Shown: positions 55,575 to 64,000 of the stretch, in pieces
How positions within the stretch are numbered: position 1 is the stretch's first letter
Layout: the number at the start of each line of letters is the position of its first letter
From: Emiliania huxleyi CCMP1516
Lineage: Eukaryota
NCBI RefSeq assembly: GCF_000372725.1
Contig: NW_005201123.1
Coordinates: 1-64,000 of the forward strand
Direction of reading: 5' to 3'
DNA: 64,000 bases
Position numbers and translations under genes: made by a program
The notes under the pieces: model-generated
What the model was told of the DNA's origin: nothing
What the model saw: the letters and a program-made list of their open reading frames with translations, nothing else
Database searches by the model: none

Positions 55575-55840
55575 CCGCCAGGCGTCCGCCGGAGGCTCCC
55601 CGGCCGACACACCCCGGCAAGCTTGCCGCGCGCAGCGCCCCGCGCCGCAGGCCCGCCGGAGGCTCCCCGGCCGACACACCCCGGCTGCTCTCGCGGGCGC
55701 GGGAGCGCCGGCGCGCCCGCGCCACGCCACTAGGCGTCCGCCGGGGGCTCTCGCTGCGGCCACACCCCGGCAAGCTTGCCGCGCGCAGCGCCCCGCGCCG
55801 CAGGCCCGCCGGAGGCTCCCCGGCCGACACACCCCGGCCG
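55575..55840 (+). repeat. GC-rich composite tandem repeat
   Basis: CGCCGGAGGCTCCCCGGCCGACACACCCCGGC three times, plus AAGCTTGCCGCGCGCAGCGCCCCGCGCCGCAGG twice. Confidence 0.85.
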
Positions 55841-56579
55841 TATTCGCTCGTCCACTCCTCGCCCTTCTCGCGCCGCTCTTGCGCACCTCTTGCGCCCCCC
55901 TTTTTTCCCCCGGGGCCGAAAAAATTTTGGCAGGTTTTCCCCGGCCCCGGGCACGGTCCCGGGCCAGTTTTTTTTCGAGCCCGCCCCCTTCCCCCCTTTA
56001 AGGGGGGAAAAATCTTTTTTTTAAAAATTTGTGCAATAAATTTTGGGGGGTTTTTTGTCCCCCCCCCCCCCCCTTTCCACCACCCCCTTCCAATTGGCAG
56101 CCTAGGTTCCCGTGGCCAAACCCTGCCCCGCTTTGTTCGGCCCCCCTGCCCCCCCCCCCCCCCCCTCCCCCCCGCTTTCCCGCGCGCGTACGCCGCGGCG
56201 CACTCCGTGCCGTTCCAGCCCCCCCCCCCTCCCCCGTTGGCGCTCGAAGGAGGTTGCTGAGATTTTTCGCTGGCGCCGTTCATGGTGGAACGGACCATCG
56301 GCGCCTGCAGAGACCCAAGAGGCGCTCGATGGGAATGAAATTTTTTTGGCATTTTTCCAAAACCCTCAAGGGGGTGGAGTTCGCCGTCGGGACAGGACGC
56401 GTCAACGATCGCCGCCACGATCCCCTCACCGATTCGAGGCGGCTTTGCTGGCTCTGTGCTGGCGATGCACAGGTTGCTCCTCTACGCTCTCGCTGCCATG
56501 AACGGCGGTCCCTTCTCGTCCGACCCAGTGGTGCAAGAGGACTACATTTCACCTCTTCCCGGTGCTGCGTCGCAGCCTC

Positions 56580-57278
56580 ATGGCCGTCCACGCATCCGGC
56601 CGATCAAAGCACAGCGCCGTCCCGTGGCGTCCGGAGATGGATGCCTTCGTGCTGCTGCGCCACGTCCGAGACGGCATCTCGTTGCCAAAGGTGGCAGAGC
56701 AGTGGCCGTTTGAATCCGCCACCAAACGAAGCAAAGATGCAATCAAGTGGCGATGGAAAAAGGTTCTCAAAAGACTCGACGCTCTCGACGACCTCCGACT
56801 GATCTGTGGATCCTGCGACGAGCGCGAGGAGGCGGAGACGCAGCTGAACACCGAGGCAAGCCTGCAGCCGTGGGTCGAGGACGCTCTCGTGAAGCTGCAC
56901 GCGCGAAAAAACGTGTCGATGAACTCAAACTACACTCCGTGGACGCTCGAGGAGGACCGCCTACTGCTGCACTCGTACCAGAGCGGCGCGAAGATCAACG
57001 AGATCCGCGTCGGTGCCCGCAGCTACAAGTCCATCGAAATGCCAGCTACGCCGCTTCAGAACGTCACGCCACTGGTACGCGACGCGCACCACAAGAGCCG
57101 CTGCGACCCGGAGGCGCCATATCAGGACCTGCAGAACGACATCTGGACGCCGATCGACTCGACCCTCGCTCTACCGCCGTGCGCGCAGATCGACTGGATT
57201 CGCGGCGTCGCAAAGGTGCCTCCCTTATCCTGTTCGCCTGCACGCGCGCGTGATCATTCGGCTAACTCCAACGACTAG
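56580..57278 (+). pseudogene. Myb/SANT-like two-repeat ORF with a probable frameshift near 57040
   Basis: PWRPEMD..RSKDAIKWRWKK and PWTLEEDRLLL..RSYKSI; the second repeat appears to continue as CQLRRFR in another frame. Confidence 0.6.
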
Positions 57279-57279
57279 T

Positions 57280-57792
57280 GAAGCCATACCCTCCCAAATT
57301 CGCATCTCCTCCGTCATTCATCACCCAATCATATCAGACCCCACCGTCCCCGAGATTTCTTCAGCTTACGTCACTGGCCTCGCGACCGACGGCAGCGCCG
57401 AGCTAGACCCAGACGGCCTCCCAACATACTCCTCCGCTACTGACACTATCTCTCTCTTCGCCATCCCGCCCCACCTCACTCAAACGGCGCGCTGCGCTGA
57501 CAGTCCTGAGCCTATACACGCCTACACACCACGCGGCACGCGCACACGTATTGCAGTCTAGTTATCAGCACTAAATCACTGTCGCTATCTTAGGAACGTA
57601 GCGGCAACCCACACCTCCACTTCTGCCGATCTCTCTCGCGTACTTCCTCCATGCCTTCACCATCGCTTATCCCGACACTTCTCTCCACCTGCCACCCTCC
57701 CCACCGCCACCGCCCTTGCCGCCGCCCTCTCCGCCCCCCCCAACACCGACGTCACGATCTCCGCCATCCCCGAGCCCAAATCCTGCAAAGGT
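57280..57792 (+). mobile_element. Probable copia pol remnant (pre-RT linker)
   Basis: C-rich segment with an abrupt compositional change, ending in AIPEPKSCK (compare copia EPKSY). Confidence 0.45.
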
Positions 57793-58387
57793 GGGGACGT
57801 GTCTGTCCTTGACCCAGCCCTAGCTTGGGATGTCCGTTTTATTTTCCAGCTGGTGCAGTTCGTAGTCGCGCAGCGACGCGGGCGCGCGGGTGCGCGGCAG
57901 CCTCGGCAACCGAGGCGACAGTGGCGAGCAGGGGCGAGCAGGGGTCAGAGCAGTGCGGCGCGCCGGATTTTCAAGGCGGGCTGGGAATGCTGCGCTCCCA
58001 CGCCACCCCCCGCGAGCCCCCGACCGCCCGACGGCGCCGACCCCGCGAATTCATCGCTCATCGGGACGCGGGGGCTCTCTCGGCTCTACGGACGGCCTAC
58101 GGGACCGGCCCCAGCTTCGGCTGAGGGCTGAGGTAGAGCCCGACAAGCTGCCGAGCCCGAAGGAGGTGGGCGCGGGAAGGTGGGTGGTCCTCACCCCGGC
58201 GGCCCGCGCACGCACGCCGTCTGAGCCTAGCGCAGCGCGAACTCGCTCTGGGCCTAGCGCAGCGCGAGATTTGCGCAGCAACCCGGCCGGGCCACGCGAC
58301 CCACACTTATTTCTTTTTGAGAGCGGACTGCTCGGATATCCACCTCTGTGAGAACTGCTTGCTCTCTCGCTCAAAGCAATCGGAGCC

Positions 58388-59341
58388 ATGACATCCCTCA
58401 AGGGCCAGATCAAGCAGAGCCTCGAGTCTCTCAACAGCATGACCAACGCCGCTGAGTTCGACAAGGGCATCCCCGTCGAGCTGATCCAACGCTGCTCGGG
58501 CATCGTCTTCATGACGGAAGTCAAGGCGGGCTTCGTGTGGTCCGGGTCCGTCTCGGGTGGTATCCTCATCGCGAAGCTCCCAAACGGTGGCGGCTGGAGT
58601 GCGCCGTCGTCGCTCGGCAGCGGCGGGATGGGGTTCGGCTTCCAGGTCGGAGCGCAGAAGACGGACACCATCATTCTTCTGTTCGGCACCCTTGCCGTGA
58701 GCACCTTTGCCAGCGCGGGCCAGGTCAAGTTTGGCGGCGACCTCTCCGTCTCCGCCGGCCCGGTCGGTCGGTCGCTCGCAGCAGACGCGAGGCTCGGCAC
58801 GGGAGGCTTCACGGGCTGCCTGAGCTACTCGCAGTCGCAGGGGCTGTTTGGCGGCGTCTCACTGACGGGCGCGGTGCTCATCACGCGCTCAAAAGACAAC
58901 GAGGAGTTTTATCAGAGGCCGGTCACGTCCAAGCAGCTCATCTCGGGCGAGGTGCCGCAAGACTGTCACTGCTCCCCACCCACCCACGCGCACCAAGCCC
59001 TTGCACTTTGAATCCCAGTGATTGCCCACCCAAGCCCACCCATGCGTGTGACCTCACCTCACCAGGTGCCGCCACCAGCCGAAGCGGCCTCCCTCTACGC
59101 CGCGCTCGACGACCTGATCAAGCAAGCGCCGCCGCCGCCGCCGCCACCACCACCCGCGGGCCACGATCAATACGCGCGGTCGCAGGAACCACCAACCAAC
59201 CCGGCGGCCGAGTCGGCCCTCGTCGAGATGGGGTTTGCGCTCGCTGACGCGAGGGAGGCGCTCTACCGCTCGGGGAACGACATTGCTGCCGCGGCGGCAC
59301 TGCTGGCCGACCGCGCTGCCACGACACACAGTCGTTTCTAG
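58388..59341 (+). CDS. Ysc84/SYLF lipid/actin-binding domain plus C-terminal UBA domain (intron 58952-59065)
   Basis: KAGFVWSGSVSGGILIAKL..WSAPS..GFQVGAQKTD..AGPVGR..YSQSQGLFGGVSL..DNEEFY; LVEMGF..AREAL..GNDIAAAAALL. Confidence 0.92.
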
Positions 59342-59739
59342 TAGCAGCGGGGTGCGCCCGATAGCGCCCTGGACCCAAACTGCCGCTCGGCTTCGCCCTC
59401 GTCCGGCGCACTGCCCTCTCCCTCTAGCGCCCCCTCCCCTCCTCCTCACTCTGTCTAGTAGAGCTCCGAGTGTTCAGTACGAAGGCCCTTGTGCCCAGTG
59501 TCTACCGTTATAGAGTCCTACATGACGCGCGATGCAGGATGCTGCGGCAACCGAAATGCACGCATGGGCATGCTGTCGAGTGTCGTGTGCGACGATGATC
59601 GATGTATCTTGTATCAGCTCCGTAATTGGTAGTTAATGTGACCTCCTAATAAAAATGCCTACGCGCACGACACTTACACACTCGAACCAGTCAGTGGTGG
59701 TGGGGGTGGGTGGTGCAGCTGCAGGGGGCAAGGCCAAGG

Positions 59740-60480
59740 GGGTGTGGGGTTGAGCTTGAGGCTCAGTTGCTCACGGCTCAGATACGCGTCATGCACGACC
59801 CATGGGCATGCGAGCCGGGAGGGGGAGGAGGAGGAGAGAGAAACTCCGCACCGCCTCCGTCACACACAAACGCGCATGCCCGCGCCGCTGACAGGAGTCG
59901 CGAAGCGTGTCGCCGAGCAGCGGCGGCCGGCGCCATCGGCAGCGGCGGCACGGCGCGCTGCGTCTCAGCTCATCGATCGTGCGCCCGCTCTCCAACGTCG
60001 CCGAGATCCCTGCCTCGCCTGCCAGGAGCGGCGTCGAGCTCCTGCTGGGCAGGTGCGCGGGTAGAGCTCTCCACCATACTCTGCCGCGATCCCGGCTGCT
60101 GCGAGCACGGCGCCGCCCGGTGCGCGCGACATGACCCCTGCCGTTCCCGCGCACGCAGGTCGCCGAGGAGGATGTGAAGTGCCAATGCGAAAGCACGACA
60201 TATGAGCGCGCGCCCGCCGCCGCCATGCAGCCCCGCCCCTTCCCGCCGTCGATTTCGTCGCCGTCCGTGCGCGCGCCGCCGTTCACTCCGCCGCCGCCGT
60301 CGCCCCCACTTCCGCCGCCCCCGATTTGCGCCTCGCCGCCGCCGCCGTTCTCCTTCTTCCCGCCGCCCGCGCTTCCCTCAGTCGCGCGCGCGCGGCTCGC
60401 CTGCGTCGCCGCCGCCCCCCCTCTCGCCGCCGCTCCCCTCACAGCCTCGTACAAGGGTGCCGCCGTCGGCGCCACAGCCC
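59740..60480 (-). other. Coding-like fragments with no recognisable domain
   Basis: GC3-rich, Gly/Ala-rich frames with possible introns. The gene structure could not be resolved. Confidence 0.25.
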
Positions 60481-60929
60481 CCGCTCGCTCAAACGGTGAC
60501 CCTACCCCATCCCCCTCGGTAATGCCCCACCTTCTTCAGAACCAAATCCTCACCCCCCCCCCCCCACTGCTCCCCGAATCAGGTGCCATCGCCTCGTTTC
60601 CGTCGGATGAATTATGTGGAATCGTACCCCTCGGTGGTTTCCAAACCTATTCAAAAATGGACGCTTACAGAAATCGGCAAAAGACGACTAGGCTCTGGGC
60701 CGTGAGCTGCGCAGTGTGCGAGAAGAGCGGCGGCGTAGTGTAGAGCGGTCGAGAGAGGAGTTGGCAAGACCTCCTCGGGGAGTGGGCAACGCCCGGCATC
60801 GAATGGAAACGCAGTTTTGGCTTTTCTTTAGCGAACAAGGACCTGCAACGGACCATCGGCGCCTGCAGAGACCCAAGAGGCGCTCGACGTCATTTTTTCT
60901 CTTTGCTGGCACGCCGTCTGAGTAGCTGT

Positions 60930-62138
60930 GCTGCCCCAGTGCTGCCCCCGGGAGGGAGGCCAGGGAGGCGGCGTAGCCGAAGAGCCGGGGTTCCGCCTCG
61001 GAGGTGCGCATGAGGCAGCACAAAACGCCCTCCGCCAAGACCGTCCTGCAGAGGTGCGTGTCGAAGGCTGTGGAGCAGAGGCTCGACGCGTGGGTGGCCG
61101 CCAAGCGCCGGCGGGACTGGTCGACCGCAGACGCCATCCGGGATGAGTTGCAGCAGGAGGGCGTGAGTTGCGAGGAGGCGCCTGCGCGCCCCCCCTCCCC
61201 TTCGTCGGAGCCTCGCTGAGCCCCGACCCCGCTGCAGCAGATGAGGCCCGACAGAGGCAAGCCGAACTTTAGCAACAGACAACCTTTGGGCGCTTCCGCG
61301 CGCCGCGAGAGGCCTGAGCATCTCTTTGGCGACCCGGCGCCAGGGCGGGTGGGGGAGCCGGAGGAGCCTGCGGCCGGCGAGGGCGGCGGCGAGGGCGAGG
61401 GCGGCGGCGGGGGCGGCGGGGGCGGCGAGGGCGGTGGCGAGGCCCGCGCAGGCGAAGAGGGCGGCGAGCAGGGTGAGGGCGGCGAGGGCGGCGGAAACGG
61501 CGAGGGCGGTGCGGGCGGCAGCAGCGGCGCATCGAGCGGGGCGGAGGCGCCGCCGGCAGCAGCCCGGGAGACGCGCCCGGCGCCATTCAACCCCTACCGG
61601 GAGGCGCGTCCGACTCGCACCCCCACGCCGTGGGTTCCTAGCAAGTTATATCCGGCTCGCCCCGACGGCAGCGCTGGAGGTGGCGACGTGCGATGGAAGG
61701 TGCGTGGATCTCCCTCTCCACCCCCACCCCCCACCCCCCACCCGCAAAGGCCACGTGCATACCCACGCCCCACCGTGACACTCCACCCTTTCCGCTCCAT
61801 ACCCTTTTCCCGCGCGCGCAGGTCATCTTTGACCTGAATTCGCCCGCCGACGCGTCCACCGTGGCCGACCTGCTGCATCGCGCTGGCGTCCGTCCACCCG
61901 CTCGCCTCAGATGGGGGCGCATGATCTGCGTCTCTTCACGGTGCCGGCCTGAATAGGCGCCGCGCAAGTCCTCGTGATGGAGGCTGTGAATAGAAGAGCT
62001 GTGAATAGAAGAGCTGTGAATAGGCGCCGCGCAAGTCCTCGTGATGGAGTCGGCGCCACATGCGCGGCCGAGCCGCACGCCTTCGCCCCCGCCATGCCGC
62101 GCCGCCCCCGCCGGAGCCAGCGTCGGCGGCGGCAGCGT

Positions 62139-62193
<55 letters not shown>

Positions 62194-62484
62194 GGCGGCG
62201 GTGGCGAGCCCCTGCTGGTGCGGCGCGCGTCGTGGGATGCACAAGACTACAGCCGCCGCCGGAGCGACTCCATGCATCCCAGCGCCCCGCAGCCCGACGC
62301 TCGGCGCGAGCGCCTGTCCGCCCCCGTCGAAACTCGGGAAGACTACGAGCGCCGCCGCGAGCGGTGGCACGACGAGCGCTCGCGCGAACGCGACCACTAC
62401 GACGAGCGCGGACACGGCGCGGCACACCCTCACCCGTGGCGGCGCGGCGACGAGCGGGACTCGCACCCGCGGGAGCGCCGCTAG
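60930..62484 (+). CDS. Low-complexity protein or gene fragment containing one CysRS anticodon-binding-like helix motif and an Arg/Asp/Glu-rich tail
   Basis: LDAWVAAKRRRDWSTADAIRDELQQEG; several GC/GT-AG introns; no clear start codon (repeat H lies upstream). Confidence 0.5.
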
Positions 62485-63400
62485 CGAATGCGTGGCAGGG
62501 TTGAAAAGAGCGTGTGGAGTGCATTGTGGGTGGGTGGCACGATCGGCCCGAAGTTATTGAGCGCTAGTTGTGCCACGTGCGTGGGTTGGATGAATTGCCC
62601 GTGCACCTGTGTCCATCTGTACGGCTTTATGTCCGTGCCAGTGTGCGCTGTGCCGTGCCCAGATGCCAGAGAGACAGAAAGAAAGATCAAAGAATTCTTA
62701 ATTAACAACACAGCCCCGCTCACAGCAGACTGGGTGTGCATACGCCCTTCGCCTCGGGCGTCGGGGTTGCAGTCGGTGCGTGAGCCGTGACCGTGTGTTG
62801 CGTAAGAGGTAAGTATGTTCTAGGAAGAAGTTCTACCACTGGCGGCTAGGGATGAGGCCGCAAAAGAGGCGCGCGAGACAAGGAGGAGAATCGGAGAACG
62901 GAGAGACTTTGGGACGACTAGAGGGGGGGGCCACGATGACACAACCCACATGATTAATTACTTGTGTCGCTAATGTTCAAACAAGCGGTCGTGTCGTGCA
63001 GCTCGGGTGCTGGGGGGGTCGTGGGAGCCGCTCGGGACCATTCTAAAGGCGTGTTTTGGTAGCTGGGGCCTCGAAAGCGCCCCCGGGGCCCTTTGAGGGG
63101 CCGCACATTGCTCGGTACCCCCCCTGCACATCTAAAGCCATCCCTCCTTCTAGGGGGGGGGGGGGGGGGGTGAGCAGCAGAGCGCACGGACCCAGCTCTC
63201 CCGCCTCTTCGCCGCCGCCCCCCTCCACCCTCGGCTCGTGTTTGAGCGTACGCTCGAGGCGGTTGTGTTCACCGCGCCTTCGAGCCCGGTTGGCAGTAGG
63301 AGGGCCCGCCGGTGAGACCACTGATTTTGGTGTCGACCATAAATTCTCGCCACTGGAACACATGCTACTTACAGCTGCTGTCTATACAGAGATGCCAGCA

Positions 63401-63486
63401 CCCCCCACAGGCAGAGCGCTCCTGCTGGGGGGGGGGGGTTCGGACCCCCCCAGCAGCAGAGCGCTGCTGCTGTGGGGGGGGGGGGG
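63401..63486. other. Nested imperfect palindrome (cruciform-capable)
   Basis: CCCCCCACAGGCAGAGCGCTCCTGCTGGGGG-GGGGT-TCGG-ACCCC-CCCAGCAGCAGAGCGCTGCTGCTGTGGGGGG. Confidence 0.75.
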
Positions 63487-64000
63487 ATATCGCGCACGAG
63501 TCAGCCGCGAGAGTCCGTCCAAGCCTCGGAACGAGCCCAACGGGGCCATTTTGGCCCCTCGGCGCCTTCTGCCGACCTTTGGCGCCCGATTTGGTGCCAC
63601 CCTGCGGTCTTCAGACGCATCTGAGGTGCTCCCATGATGTTTCTACATCGGGACGTGTCGTGGTCTGACAATCAAAAGCGGCAGAGAGCACACAACCACC
63701 CAAGCACGCACCCACGACAGACACCCGTTGCTGTTTTGGCTCTGCTCCCTGAGATTCCCTGCACACACCCAGCAGCTACTAGAGTCCCTCCGGTCCCCCG
63801 ATTGGGTTCTCCGCACTCCCCGCGTCTAGGAGGAGCTGCAGGATCGCCGCCTCGCGCGCCTCCCCGTCCCCACTCCTGGACGCCTCACCGTCGTCAGCAA
63901 AGTCGTGGAGGAAGGCGCCAGCGTCCCCGAAGGGGTTTGTGCCTGTCTCGGCGTAGGCCTGCAGCAGCCCGCGGAGTCGCAGGCGCTCCTCGGCGATGAA

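Noticed and set aside
55890..56240. Homopolymer-rich block with odd ORFs
   Set aside because: It looks like low-quality read tail or assembly noise (runs of A/T/C/G), not biology.

Overview
GC-rich eukaryotic nuclear DNA with many GC-AG introns and introns filled with 10-12 bp minisatellites and (CA)n. This signature points to a haptophyte alga of the Emiliania/Gephyrocapsa huxleyi type (inference, not verified). Recognisable genes: a PhyH-type 2OG-Fe(II) dioxygenase that appears to be spliced through a polyQ tract to a SET domain, a 5'-truncated OPT transporter, plastid-type ClpS, VPS35, two further SET genes (one small, one SMYD-like), a probable membrane protein with a discoidin-like domain and a C-terminal polyPro-WH2 tail, mitochondrial IMP2-type peptidase, a MATE transporter, a frameshifted ankyrin-U-box gene, NHL-BTB and U-box fragments, a mitochondrial carrier, a Dispatched/Patched-like RND protein, a Myb-like ORF and a Ysc84/SYLF-UBA gene. 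Intergenic DNA is a mosaic of small repeat families: two SINE/LINE-tail-like families with (CAAGTGCT)n or (CCAAGTGCT)n tails, one copy carrying a 9-bp TSD; a MITE with perfect 26-bp TIRs and a 4-bp TSD; Ty1/copia remnants; and several unclassified hairpin-rich repeats. The most striking pattern is in the introns. In at least 10 introns across 7 unrelated genes the intron 5' end is a near-copy (6-27 nt) of the start of the next exon, two introns of one gene are homologous to each other, and a shared CTCTTCAC...GTGAACAG structure recurs near acceptors. Together these suggest recent intron gain by duplication and/or Introner-like spread. All exon boundaries were read by eye. No CRISPR array, rRNA, complete tRNA or intact transposase was found.
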